Origin: Vicinamibacterales bacterium
Lineage (GTDB): Bacteria > Acidobacteriota > Vicinamibacteria > Vicinamibacterales > 2-12-FULL-66-21
DNA length: 64,000 bases
Assembly (NCBI GenBank): GCA_035758845.1
Contig: DASTVZ010000012.1
Span: forward strand, 35,097 to 99,096
Direction: 5' to 3'
Part shown: in pieces, positions 38,766-47,783 of the stretch
Position numbering within the stretch: the first letter of the stretch is position 1
How the letters are laid out: each line of letters opens with the position of its first letter
Program-made: the position numbers and the translations under genes
Notes under the pieces: model-generated
Seen by the model: only the letters and a program-made list of their open reading frames with translations
Told to the model about the DNA's origin: nothing
The model's database searches: none

Positions 38766-39092
38766 TCAACCACGCGCAACGCTGACAATCGCGCCGGTTC
38801 GACGATCGATTTCGAAGATTCGAGTCTCGAAGAGTTCAGGTGGCTGTCCGGGCAGACGACCGCGGATCGTCACCCGCCACACTCGTTGTCCTGCCGCTGA
38901 AGCTTTGACCGCTTCGACGCTCGATGGCGCGAACGTCACCTGTGATCGTGCGATGTCAACCGCACGCTCGCGGGTGATCTCCGTCATCGTCGAGCGCGCG
39001 CATCCTGCCAGGAGCAGTGCGCTCACGACAAGCCATGCAATCGACCGTAAGCGTGGCATAAAAGGCCGGACGCTCGGAGCGTCCGGCTTCAC
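38766..39092 (-). CDS. PepSY-like small lipoprotein
   Basis: 108 aa with lipobox LLLAGC and a PepSY-like core (AVDIARSQV...VWRVTIRG...IFEIDRRTGAIV). The start may be ATG 39059. Confidence 0.5.
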   Translation of the reverse strand: MKPDAPSVRPFMPRLRSIAWLVVSALLLAGCARSTMTEITRERAVDIARSQVTFAPSSVEAVKASAAGQRVWRVTIRGRLPGQPPELFETRIFEIDRRTGAIVSVARG

Positions 39093-39103
39093 ATCTATCG
39101 GCC

Positions 39104-39919
39104 CTACTGATGGTCGCGTTCCGGATCGGCCCAGAACACATGAGTGATGATCTTGTGGCCGCGCCCGAAATCGAGTTCAAAGGTTTGTGCGCGTCCATTC
39201 CGGCTGGAGCTTACGAGACGGCCCCACTGACCGGGGCCATCAACGCTCAGATCCGACATCGCAGCCGGCGCGCCCTGTGGCAGTAAAGCTCCAATGGTCG
39301 TGGTGGTGTCGCGATGGGAGTAGATCTCGACGATCTCATCGTAATCATGCTGGTCCGGATGTTCGTTGCTCGGACCGTAGGTACCGCCACCTGCCGGCTC
39401 GTTCGTGTAGTCCATGCACGATCCAAGATTCGTGTTCGCGAAGTTTTCATCCTGGTGATCGAGTCCAAGGTCGTGGGCGATTTCCTGGCAGGTGACGAGA
39501 CGCCGCCACGCGTCCGTGTCGTACCGTGGCATGTTGAAGTAATAGTCGTTCAGCTTCGTGACGCCCTGAGTGATGTGGGTGCCACCGGTGATCCAGATCT
39601 GCGCAATCCCCAGCCAGCCGGTATTGCCGTACCGCGAGTTGCACACTTCTATCCTTCCTGCGGTCGGACGGCAGTTCTTGGGGTTCGCCAGTCCTGCAAC
39701 TTTTTGCAGGTCGAGGACCGCCGACTGGCTCCAGTCGGCGATCGCCTCGTCGAGAAACGCATCCCACTGACTGCTGACGTTATCGCCGGCCTTCAATGTG
39801 AACGTGTCCGTTGTGCGAGCCCAGTGATAACCGTTCCAGGAATGATTTGCCGAGAGAGTCGCTCCAGCCAGCATTGCGACGAACACACCGATACCGAGGC
39901 GGACAGAAGGACTGGGCAT
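39104..39919 (-). CDS. Secreted metzincin-like protein with variant motif QEIAHDLGLDH
   Basis: ORF 39104..41110 trimmed to ATG 39919 (MPSPSVRLGIGVFVAMLAGATLSA signal peptide). The motif fits xExxHxxGxxH, with Gln where the first His is expected. Confidence 0.5.
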   Translation of the reverse strand: MPSPSVRLGIGVFVAMLAGATLSANHSWNGYHWARTTDTFTLKAGDNVSSQWDAFLDEAIADWSQSAVLDLQKVAGLANPKNCRPTAGRIEVCNSRYGNTGWLGIAQIWITGGTHITQGVTKLNDYYFNMPRYDTDAWRRLVTCQEIAHDLGLDHQDENFANTNLGSCMDYTNEPAGGGTYGPSNEHPDQHDYDEIVEIYSHRDTTTTIGALLPQGAPAAMSDLSVDGPGQWGRLVSSSRNGRAQTFELDFGRGHKIITHVFWADPERDHQ

Positions 39920-40054
39920 TAGGCATACCTCCAAGGGAGACTGAAGCGTTCCGTGGGGAGTGCCCGTTAGTATACGCGAAGATGTGACAGACTGCAGGTC
40001 CAATATCGCATCGCGGTTGAGCTCCGCTGAAATTACAAAGCTGGAATTACAAGA

Positions 40055-41179
40055 ATGTGGAGACGATTTTTCGACGGGACTGTTCACCCTCGAGCGCTGT
40101 TCATTGCTCTTGCAGCAACGCTGGTTGCTGCCTGGATTGTATCCAGGCTTGCGCGACGGCTGGCGACGGCGGGCCTGCGCGCCATGCTGCACGACACGGT
40201 CGCAACATCGAGTCCGCACGTCCGCACGCCACTGAGAATCATTTCGGCCACCGCGTTCGCACTCGCCGCTGCCGTGTTGCTCTTTCCGGCATTTGAACTG
40301 GTCGGCTTGAGACCGCGGACCGGCGTGCATCTCCGCGCCCTCTCCGATTGGACCTTTGGTGCGGGCCTGAGAATCGTCCTGATCGTGCTCCTCGCCTACG
40401 CGGTCGTCAGAATGACGGCGCTCGTCGTTCGCCGCTTCGAGCACGAGATGAGCCTTGGCACGGATCTCGACGCGCTGGAGCGCGGCAAGCGCGCCCGGAC
40501 GCTCGGCTCGGTCATTCAAAACGTCACGACAGCCCTGGTCGTCGGGATCGCGCTCCTGATGGTCCTGCATCTGCTCGAGCTGGACATCACGCCCGTCCTG
40601 ACCGGAGCCGGCATCGCTGGACTTGCCGTGGGGTTCGGCGCGCAGACCCTCGTGCGCGACATCATCAGCGGGTTTTTTCTCATTCTCGAAGATCAGATCC
40701 GGGTTGGCGATGCGGCGTCCATCAACGGCGCGGATGGAATCGTCGAAGCCATCAACCTGCGCACCGTCGTTTTGCGCGATGCCGAGGGCACCGTGCACGT
40801 TTATCCGAACGGCGCGATCAACAACCTCGCAAATCGCAGCAAAGACTTCTCCTATTACATGATCGATCTCTCGATGTCCTATTACGACGATCCGGATCGG
40901 GTCGCCGCTGTCTTGCACGAGATTGGCGCTCAGATGCAGGCCGACCCGACGTTCGGACCGTCGATTCTCGAGCCGATCGAAGTGCTCGGCGTGGATTCGT
41001 TCGGTGACTGGTCGGTGAAATTGAAGGCGCGGATCAAGACCGTGCCGCTCAAGCAGTGGTACGTCGGCCGCGAGTTCCGGAAGCGCGTGGTCAAGGCATT
41101 TGTGCACCACGGGTTCGCGATTCCGTTCCCGGTTCCGTCAACCGCCACGCCCCCGTCTTCACCTGAGACGCTTCAGTAG
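40055..41179 (+). CDS. Mechanosensitive ion channel (MscS family)
   Basis: 374 aa with several TM segments. MscS core [36 protein letters not shown]. Confidence 0.85.
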   Translation: MWRRFFDGTVHPRALFIALAATLVAAWIVSRLARRLATAGLRAMLHDTVATSSPHVRTPLRIISATAFALAAAVLLFPAFELVGLRPRTGVHLRALSDWTFGAGLRIVLIVLLAYAVVRMTALVVRRFEHEMSLGTDLDALERGKRARTLGSVIQNVTTALVVGIALLMVLHLLELDITPVLTGAGIAGLAVGFGAQTLVRDIISGFFLILEDQIRVGDAASINGADGIVEAINLRTVVLRDAEGTVHVYPNGAINNLANRSKDFSYYMIDLSMSYYDDPDRVAAVLHEIGAQMQADPTFGPSILEPIEVLGVDSFGDWSVKLKARIKTVPLKQWYVGREFRKRVVKAFVHHGFAIPFPVPSTATPPSSPETLQ

Positions 41180-42057
41180 CCGCTGCCAGGCGCCGTCGCA
41201 GGCTTCTGCCCGCGCGACTCCTGAACGATCTTGACGCCGGCGCTGGCGCCGACGCGGCTCGCCCCGGCGGCAACCATGGCCTTGAGGCCCTCGAGATCGC
41301 GGACCCCGCCAGCAGCCTTGACGCCCATGTCTGCCCCGACGACGCGTCGCATCAGCGCGACATCGGCGGCGGTTGCGCCGCCCGACGCAAATCCGGTCGA
41401 GGTTTTCACGAAGTCCGCAGCCGCCGCCTTCGCCAGCGTGCACGCGGTGATCTTTTCGTCGTCGGTCAGGAGCGCGGCTTCGATGATCACTTTGCTCGTC
41501 ACGCCGCACTGCCGGCACGGCTCGACGACCGCTTCGATATCGCGTTCGACCGTGCGAAGATCGCCCGATTTCAACGCGCCGATGTTGATCACCATGTCGA
41601 TTTCGGTGGCGCCATCGAAGATCGCGCGACGCGTTTCGTAGTTCTTCGCGTCGGCGGGTGTCGCGCCGAGCGGAAAGCCGACAACGGAACAGACGCCAAC
41701 GCCGCTGCCGCGCAGGAGCCGAGCCGCGGTCGCGACCCAGGTGGGATTCACGCACACGGTGGCAAAGTGAAACTCCGCCGCTTCACGGCATAACCGCTCA
41801 ATGTCCGCCCGGGTGGCATCGGGCTTCAACAATGTGTGGTCGATCATGCCCGAGACGCCGGCGGCGCCGCCGGCCGCGTGCACGCCGAAACGTGTCGCGC
41901 CGGCATCAATGACATCGCGAAGTCTCTCCGGGCAGCAGTCGAGAAGCACCGAATGGCAGGCGCATCGCGAGGCTCCCGCTTTCGACGAACGCTGTGCCGC
42001 GATCACCTCTTCGGTGATGATCTCGATCAGCCGCTGGAGGTCCTGCGGGTTCAACAC
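41173..42057 (-). CDS. deoC: Deoxyribose-phosphate aldolase with a ~70-aa N-terminal extension
   Basis: DeoC core IDHTLLKP...ATVCVNP...FVKTSTGF...VKAAGGVR. It is preceded by [22 protein letters not shown] and a Cys/His cluster, CACH...CC. Confidence 0.8.
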   Translation of the reverse strand: MLNPQDLQRLIEIITEEVIAAQRSSKAGASRCACHSVLLDCCPERLRDVIDAGATRFGVHAAGGAAGVSGMIDHTLLKPDATRADIERLCREAAEFHFATVCVNPTWVATAARLLRGSGVGVCSVVGFPLGATPADAKNYETRRAIFDGATEIDMVINIGALKSGDLRTVERDIEAVVEPCRQCGVTSKVIIEAALLTDDEKITACTLAKAAAADFVKTSTGFASGGATAADVALMRRVVGADMGVKAAGGVRDLEGLKAMVAAGASRVGASAGVKIVQESRGQKPATAPGSGY

Positions 42058-42058
42058 A

Positions 42059-42706
42059 TCAGTCCTTGGAGAAACGTTCCTCGAGCCGCCGGATTTTTAT
42101 CAAGCGCCGGATGTGGCGCGGCTCGCGCATCGGAGTGCCGAGCCAGACGTCGACAATACGCATCGCAGCATCCGGCCCATCGATGAGCGATGTTCCAAGG
42201 GTCAATACGTTGGCGCCGTTGTGTTCGCGGGAATATCGAGCGATGGTTTCGGTCGGACACATCGCCGCGCGCACGCCGCGCACCTTGTTGGCCGCGATCG
42301 CGGACCCGATCCCTGCCCCATCGATCGCGATCCCGGCGTCGGACTCACCTCTCGCGACGCTGCGCGCGACCTCGCCCGCGATATCGGGATAGTCGACGGT
42401 CTCGGCGGTATTCGTTCCAACATCGATCACGGCAAGGCCGCGGCCGCGGAGGTGTTCGACGAGCGCCCGTTTCATTGCGATCCCGTTGTGATCGTTTCCG
42501 ATGACCACACGCCGGATGTCGTTGGTCGGCGCAAGATTGCCTGGCAACCCTTCGTCGCTCGAACCGGAGCGAACGACCGTCACTCGACGGGCGGCCAGTG
42601 TATCGCGCGCCAGCGGCGTCACATGCCCGGTCGGCGAGAGCTCGACGGTGGCGCCGATATCGAGCGTCCGCGCGTCGGCTTCAGTGATGATGTCGAATTT
42701 CTTCAT
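42059..42706 (-). CDS. rpiB: Ribose-5-phosphate isomerase B with a ~65-aa N-terminal extension
   Basis: ORF 42059..42793 trimmed to ATG 42706 ([15 protein letters not shown]...VTPLARDTL). RpiB core VVIGNDHNG...[24 protein letters not shown]. Confidence 0.75.
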   Translation of the reverse strand: MKKFDIITEADARTLDIGATVELSPTGHVTPLARDTLAARRVTVVRSGSSDEGLPGNLAPTNDIRRVVIGNDHNGIAMKRALVEHLRGRGLAVIDVGTNTAETVDYPDIAGEVARSVARGESDAGIAIDGAGIGSAIAANKVRGVRAAMCPTETIARYSREHNGANVLTLGTSLIDGPDAAMRIVDVWLGTPMREPRHIRRLIKIRRLEERFSKD

Positions 42707-42713
42707 CCCGGAG

Positions 42714-43232
42714 CTAGCTTTCGTCGTCGAGGACCGCGATGTACGGGAGATTGCGAAATTGCTCGGCAAAGTCGAGACCGTACCCGACAACAAAGTGATC
42801 TTCGATCGTAAATCCGATGTATTCGACGGTCACCGCGACCTGGCGTCGCGAGGGCTTGCTCAGCAAACATGCCGTGCGAAGCGTCTTCGGTGACCGTGCT
42901 CGCAAGATCTCCTGGAGATACGTCAGCGTCAGACCCGTATCGACAATATCTTCGACGATGACGATGTGCCGTCCGTGCAACCCCGAGTCGAGATCCTTGA
43001 GCAGTCGAACTTCGCCGGACGATTTCGTGCTCTTGGCATAACTCGATACCGCAATGAAGTCGAGCGTCACGCGTGTGCTCATCGCGCGCACCAGGTCGGC
43101 CGTGAACATAAAGCCGCCTTTCAGCACGCAGACGAGATGTATTTCCTCGCCCGCCGGGTAGTCGCGCTCGATCTGTCCAGCCAGCTCTCGAATCCGGGAC
43201 TGAATGGTCGCGGCATCGAGCAAAACGTTCAT
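42714..43232 (-). CDS. hpt: Hypoxanthine phosphoribosyltransferase
   Basis: 172 aa with VCVLKGGFMFTADL and PRPP motif IVIVEDIVDTGLTL. Confidence 0.9.
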   Translation of the reverse strand: MNVLLDAATIQSRIRELAGQIERDYPAGEEIHLVCVLKGGFMFTADLVRAMSTRVTLDFIAVSSYAKSTKSSGEVRLLKDLDSGLHGRHIVIVEDIVDTGLTLTYLQEILRARSPKTLRTACLLSKPSRRQVAVTVEYIGFTIEDHFVVGYGLDFAEQFRNLPYIAVLDDES

Positions 43233-44617
43233 CGAACTGCTACCTTCACTTTCTCAGCCAGGGCCCTGGCGTCCGCCAACACGCGCCTTTCGTCGAGTGT
43301 CGTCACTTTTCGATCGCGCATCAGAATACGGCCGTTGACGATCGTCGTCTTCACATCGTCGCCGCGCGTCACGTAGACGAGGTGTGACAACGGATCGTAC
43401 ATCGGTGTCTGACGCGCGGCGGTCATCGAGACGGCAATGGCGTCCGCACGTTTGCCGGCTTCGAGCGATCCGATCAGGTTCTCCAGTCCGAGCGCTCGAG
43501 CGCCGTCGATCGTTGCCATTTCGAGCGCCTTGCGCGCAGGAACGGCGCGTGGATCGTTGGTCTGCAGTTTCGCGAGGAACGCGGCTTGACGCATCGCCTC
43601 GAACATGTCGAGGTCGTTATTGCTCGCCGCTCCATCCGTTCCGAGACCCACGACAAGCCCGCTGCGCTGCATGTCCGACACCTTGGCCGCGCCGCTCGCA
43701 AGCTTCATGTTGCTTTCGGGATTGTGCGACACGGACACGTGATGCCGCGCCAGGATCGTCATGTCGGCCGGCGACAACCAGACGCCATGGGCGGCAATCG
43801 TCCGCGGGCCCCAGAATCCAAGACCGTCGAGATACGCCGCCGGCGACGCCTGGTGCGCCTCGGCAGACGTTTTCATCTCGTCGGACGTCTCGGAAAGATG
43901 AATGAGGACGGGGACGCGCGCGCGGTCGGCGAGCGCGCGCGCCGCCTTCAACGTGCCGCTGTCGAGCGTGTACATCGAATGAGGCGCAACCGCGGGCACA
44001 ATCAGGTCGTCGTTTGCAAACTCCTGGATGAACAGCTCGGTGCGCGCCAGCCCCTCCTTTGGCGTCTTCGCGTCAGGCGACGGAAACTGGATGATCGTCT
44101 CCCCCAGCACGCCGCGCAGACCGGCATCCCGGGTGACCCGCGCGATCTCTTCTTCGAAGTAATACATGTCGGCGTAGGTGGTCGTCCCGGACTCGATCAT
44201 CTCGAGCGCCGCCAGGCGCGTGCCTGCCCGGACAAAATCAGGCGTAACGGTCTTTGCCTCCGCTGGAAAAATGTACTTCTGCAACCAGTCCATCAACGCG
44301 AGATCGTCGGCCAGCCCGCGATACAGCACCATGGGAGCATGCGTGTGCGTGTTGATCAGGCCGGGCATGACCACCTGCCCCGAAGTATCGATCACCGTCT
44401 GGCTGGAGTAGCGGGACGCGATCGCGTCAGGAGTGTCAACAGCCGCGATGTTCCGTCCATCGATCGCCACCGCACCGGGCGACACGACGCGGCCTGACGG
44501 ATCCATAGTCACGACGATTCCGCCGGTCAGGATGAGTGAAACCGTCTGACGCTGCTGATTCGGTGCAAGAACGATCGCCGCGGCGAAAAGAAGTAAAACA
44601 GGCGCGCGTAGGAGCAT
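43229..44617 (-). CDS. Amidohydrolase (MtaD/ATZ-TRZ deaminase-like) with a signal-like N-terminus
   Basis: 462 aa with metal motif PGLINTHTHAPM, then HLSE and GTDGAASNNDLD. N-terminus MLLRAPVLLLFAAAIVLA. Confidence 0.7.
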   Translation of the reverse strand: MLLRAPVLLLFAAAIVLAPNQQRQTVSLILTGGIVVTMDPSGRVVSPGAVAIDGRNIAAVDTPDAIASRYSSQTVIDTSGQVVMPGLINTHTHAPMVLYRGLADDLALMDWLQKYIFPAEAKTVTPDFVRAGTRLAALEMIESGTTTYADMYYFEEEIARVTRDAGLRGVLGETIIQFPSPDAKTPKEGLARTELFIQEFANDDLIVPAVAPHSMYTLDSGTLKAARALADRARVPVLIHLSETSDEMKTSAEAHQASPAAYLDGLGFWGPRTIAAHGVWLSPADMTILARHHVSVSHNPESNMKLASGAAKVSDMQRSGLVVGLGTDGAASNNDLDMFEAMRQAAFLAKLQTNDPRAVPARKALEMATIDGARALGLENLIGSLEAGKRADAIAVSMTAARQTPMYDPLSHLVYVTRGDDVKTTIVNGRILMRDRKVTTLDERRVLADARALAEKVKVAVR

Positions 44618-44664
44618 GAACGAGGAATTGTATCAAGGGCAGTCAGCTTCCTTTAATGCGGCGC

Positions 44665-44702
44665 TTTCCCTTTTGCCTTTTGCCTTTTCCCTTTTGCCTT
44701 TT
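44665..44702. repeat. Tandem CCTTTT(G/C) heptamer/octamer array
   Basis: TTCCCTTTTGCCTTTTGCCTTTTCCCTTTTGCCTTTTA directly upstream of upp. Related CCCTTTTCCC runs occur at 7427-7438 and 16922-16944. Confidence 0.6.
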
Positions 44703-44713
44703 ATAGTCATCCT

Positions 44714-45337
44714 GTGCCCGTTCATCTCGTTTCACATCCGCTCGTGCATGACGCCCTCGCGACGCTGCGAGACCGATCCACGCCGCCCGAGATCTTCCGC
44801 CGGATGGCGGTGCGCATCAGTCTTCTGCTCGCCGCCGAGGCGACCCGTGACGTACCCGCAGTCGACGTAACTGTCGAATCACCACTCGGGCCCGCGGCCG
44901 GGCGTCGCATCACACGTGATGTCGTGGTTGTTCCCGTCCTTCGTGCCGGGCTCGGGATGCTCGATGCCGTGCTCGAACTGATTCCGACGGCCCGGGTCGG
45001 GCACATCGGCCTGCAGCGCGACGAGCTCACGGCCGTGGCTTCGCAGTATTATTCGAAGCTGCCGTCGGATCTCAGCCGCAGTTTCGTGCTGATGATCGAT
45101 CCGATGCTCGCCACTGGCGGCAGCGCCGTCGCCGCGCTCGATTTACTCAGGACGGCCGGCGCCCACGACGTGCGGATGATCTGTATCGTCGCGGCGCCAG
45201 AAGGCGTGGCGCTCGTCGAGCGGCATCACCCCGACGTGCAGGTCTTCACGCCGGTCGTCGACAGCGGCCTGAATGCGCACAAGTTCATCCTGCCAGGACT
45301 CGGTGATTTCGGTGATCGACTCTACGGAACCGAGTAA
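44714..45337 (+). CDS. upp: Uracil phosphoribosyltransferase
   Basis: 207 aa, GTG start. Contains HPLVHDALATLRD, LRAGLGM, the PRPP motif MIDPMLATGGS and GLGDFGDR. Confidence 0.9.
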   Translation: MPVHLVSHPLVHDALATLRDRSTPPEIFRRMAVRISLLLAAEATRDVPAVDVTVESPLGPAAGRRITRDVVVVPVLRAGLGMLDAVLELIPTARVGHIGLQRDELTAVASQYYSKLPSDLSRSFVLMIDPMLATGGSAVAALDLLRTAGAHDVRMICIVAAPEGVALVERHHPDVQVFTPVVDSGLNAHKFILPGLGDFGDRLYGTE

Positions 45338-45342
45338 GATGG

Positions 45343-45412
45343 GACCCGGATCCCGAGCACGAAAGAACACGGATAGATACGGACACGGATGAACACGGAT
45401 AATCACGGACAC
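45343..45412 (+). repeat. Periodic CACGGA motif array
   Basis: CACGAAAGAA-CACGGATAGAT-ACGGA-CACGGATGAA-CACGGATAAT-CACGGAC. The same motif and orientation relative to the downstream gene occur at 53234-53319. Confidence 0.65.
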
Positions 45413-45453
45413 ATTCGACAGGTGACGGCTCGTCGCCGCAACGCGGAGGCGCT

Positions 45454-46302
45454 ATGAAACCGACGCGGAAGACAGTTACCGTCGAACGTCGCGCACAGCC
45501 GCGTGTCGCTGACGGCAAGTGGCGAACCGCGCTGACCAGCATCACGCCGAACAAGATTCTCGTCCGCGGATATCCGCTCGACGAGATCATGGGCCGCCTC
45601 ACCTTCGGCGAGGCGATTTACCTGCTCCTTCTCGGCGAGTGTCCGTCGCCGGGCATCGGCCGGCTGATGGAAGCGATCCTGGTGTCGTTCATCGACCATG
45701 GGGCAACGCCGCCTTCGACGCTCGCCGCCCGCAACACGGCGACGACTGGAGCCTCGCTGCGAGCCTGCGTGGCCGCGGGGGTCCTCGGCTTCGGCCGCTA
45801 TCACGGCGGCGACATCGAGAGCTGCATGGAGTTCCTCGATGCCGGACTTGCGCTCGTCCGCAGCGGTTCGTCGTACACCGACGCCGCGGCACAGATCGTC
45901 GAACGATGGAAACAGACCGGCGATGCGCTGCCGGGATTCGGTCACCGATTCCACACACGGGATCCGCGTGCCGCTCGTCTCTTCCAGATGGCTCTCGAAC
46001 TCGAGGTCGAAGGCACGCACATCCAGATGATTCGCGCGGTCGAGATGTGGCTTCACACGAACCACGAGCCGGATGAACCCGCGATGCCCATCAACATCGA
46101 TGGCGCAATTGCCGCGGTGTGCAGCGATCTCGGCATGCCTCCGACCGTCGCCAACGCGCTGTTCATCATTTCGCGGGTACCGGGAATCGCCGCCCAGGCG
46201 CAGGAGGAGATGAACCGCGAGCATCCGATGCGGCAGATCGATCCGAAGGACTACATCTACGATGGCCCATTGGAGCGGCGGTTACCGGAGAGGAGAAAGT
46301 AG
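45454..46302 (+). CDS. Citryl-CoA lyase / short citrate-synthase-family protein
   Basis: 282 aa with the citrate-synthase-like catalytic region GFGHRFHTRDPRA and an N-terminal LTFGEAIYLLLLG. Confidence 0.65.
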   Translation: MKPTRKTVTVERRAQPRVADGKWRTALTSITPNKILVRGYPLDEIMGRLTFGEAIYLLLLGECPSPGIGRLMEAILVSFIDHGATPPSTLAARNTATTGASLRACVAAGVLGFGRYHGGDIESCMEFLDAGLALVRSGSSYTDAAAQIVERWKQTGDALPGFGHRFHTRDPRAARLFQMALELEVEGTHIQMIRAVEMWLHTNHEPDEPAMPINIDGAIAAVCSDLGMPPTVANALFIISRVPGIAAQAQEEMNREHPMRQIDPKDYIYDGPLERRLPERRK

Positions 46303-46320
46303 GAGCTGAAAGTGCAATTT

Positions 46321-47760
46321 TCAGTATTTCGTCTGGGACGGATCGACCTTATCGATCCACGCCAGAATCCCACCCTTGAGGTTGCTGACGCGGGTGAACC
46401 CGCGTTCCTGGAGCAACGACACGGCCTTCGCGCTTCGTCCACCCATCTTGCAATGCACGATCATCTCTCGGTTGCGATCGAGCTCACCCGTGCGCTGCGC
46501 CAGCTCACCGAGCGGGATGAGCTTCGAGCCTTCGATCCGGCAGATCTGGTATTCGTTTGGCTCGCGCACGTCCAGCAGGAAGAAATCCTCGCCGCGGTCC
46601 CTCTTCGCCTTCATCTCCTCGACAGTGACCTCCGGCACACCAGCCGATGCCGGCTGCGCGTGCGCTGGGACGACGCCGCAGAACTGGTCGTAGTCGATGA
46701 GCGCGTGGATGCTGGGATGATCGCCGCAGATCGGGCACTCGGGATCGCGCCGAAGTTTCAGCTCGCGGAACCGCATCTGCAGGGCGTCGTACAGCAAAAG
46801 ACGGCCGATGAGCGGCTGACCACTCCCGAGAATCAGCTTGATCGCTTCGGTCGCTTGAATCACGCCAATCACGCCGGGAAGCACGCCGAGCACGCCACCT
46901 TCAGCGCAGCTCGGAACCAGACCTGGAGGCGGCGGCTCGGGATACAGGCACCGGTAGCACGGGCCACCCTTGACCGCGAACACTGACGCCTGTCCGTCAA
47001 ACCGGAAGATGCTGCCGTAGGCGTTCGGCTTTCCGAGCAGCACGCACGCGTCGTTCACCAGATATCGCGTCTGAAAGTTATCCGTGCCGTCGAGGATGAC
47101 GTCGTAGTCCTTCAGCACGTCGAGCGCGTTCTTCGAGGTCAGCGCGAGTTCGTGCATCACGACCTTGACTGACGGATTCATCGCCGTCAATCGATCGCCC
47201 GCCGCTTCCAGCTTCCGCTTGCCGACGTCTGTCGTGTCGTAGATCACCTGGCGGTGCAGGTTGCTCGCGTCGACGGCGTCGAAATCGACGAGACCAAGCG
47301 TGCCAACTCCGGCGGCGGCGAGATACATCGAGGCTGGCGCGCCCAGCCCTCCCGCGCCGACGCACAGGACCCGGGCCGCCTTCAACTTGCGCTGCCCGTC
47401 AACACCGACCTCCGGCATGATCAAGTGCCGGCTGTAGCGCTGCACCTCTTCACGCGTGAGTTCGGGCGCGTCGACGGCGGCCCCCGACCCTCCGGCAACC
47501 GAAGGGACAATGCTGATCGTGTCGCCGGCGCTCAGCGGGGTCTGCTCGCGGTCGAGGTGACGAATGTCTTCGTCGTTCACATAAATGTTCACGAAGCTGC
47601 GGAGACGACCGTCCTCGTTGTAGAGGTGCCGTCGCAGGTCACCGTATTGGCCGACGAGACGTTGCAGCGCGTCACCGACGGTCCTGCCTTCAACTTCGAC
47701 GAACTCCTGCTTCCCGGCGAACGGACGAAGCGGCGTCGGAATCAGAATGCGATGGGGCAT
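46321..47760 (-). CDS. Fusion protein: MoaD/ThiS-like sulfur-carrier domain, then MoeB/ThiF-type E1 adenylyltransferase, then rhodanese
   Basis: ORF 46321..47928 trimmed to ATG 47760. Residues 1-93 form a beta-grasp domain ending IVPSVAGG. Then YSRHLIMPEVG...VGAGGLGAP, CxxC pairs, and a C-terminal rhodanese with the active loop HCKMGGRS. Confidence 0.8.
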   Translation of the reverse strand: MPHRILIPTPLRPFAGKQEFVEVEGRTVGDALQRLVGQYGDLRRHLYNEDGRLRSFVNIYVNDEDIRHLDREQTPLSAGDTISIVPSVAGGSGAAVDAPELTREEVQRYSRHLIMPEVGVDGQRKLKAARVLCVGAGGLGAPASMYLAAAGVGTLGLVDFDAVDASNLHRQVIYDTTDVGKRKLEAAGDRLTAMNPSVKVVMHELALTSKNALDVLKDYDVILDGTDNFQTRYLVNDACVLLGKPNAYGSIFRFDGQASVFAVKGGPCYRCLYPEPPPPGLVPSCAEGGVLGVLPGVIGVIQATEAIKLILGSGQPLIGRLLLYDALQMRFRELKLRRDPECPICGDHPSIHALIDYDQFCGVVPAHAQPASAGVPEVTVEEMKAKRDRGEDFFLLDVREPNEYQICRIEGSKLIPLGELAQRTGELDRNREMIVHCKMGGRSAKAVSLLQERGFTRVSNLKGGILAWIDKVDPSQTKY

Positions 47761-47783
47761 GTGAAAACTGTCCTTTTGTTGAA

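Noticed and set aside
39920-41110. N-terminal two thirds of the 668-aa ORF 39104..41110.
   Set aside because: That part is antisense to a clear MscS channel gene and looks like low-complexity GC translation. A signal peptide and an ATG at 39919 give a sensible 271-aa secreted protein.
41173-42706. Calling a bacterial microcompartment locus from the DeoC/RpiB extensions.
   Set aside because: No shell-protein genes are present in 64 kb. It is kept only as a low-confidence observation about the extensions.
44700-44716. Leaderless upp transcript (TATAGT 6 nt before the GTG start).
   Set aside because: Leaderless translation normally needs AUG. The -35 region is a CCTTTT repeat rather than a recognisable box. 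The evidence is too weak to report as a feature.
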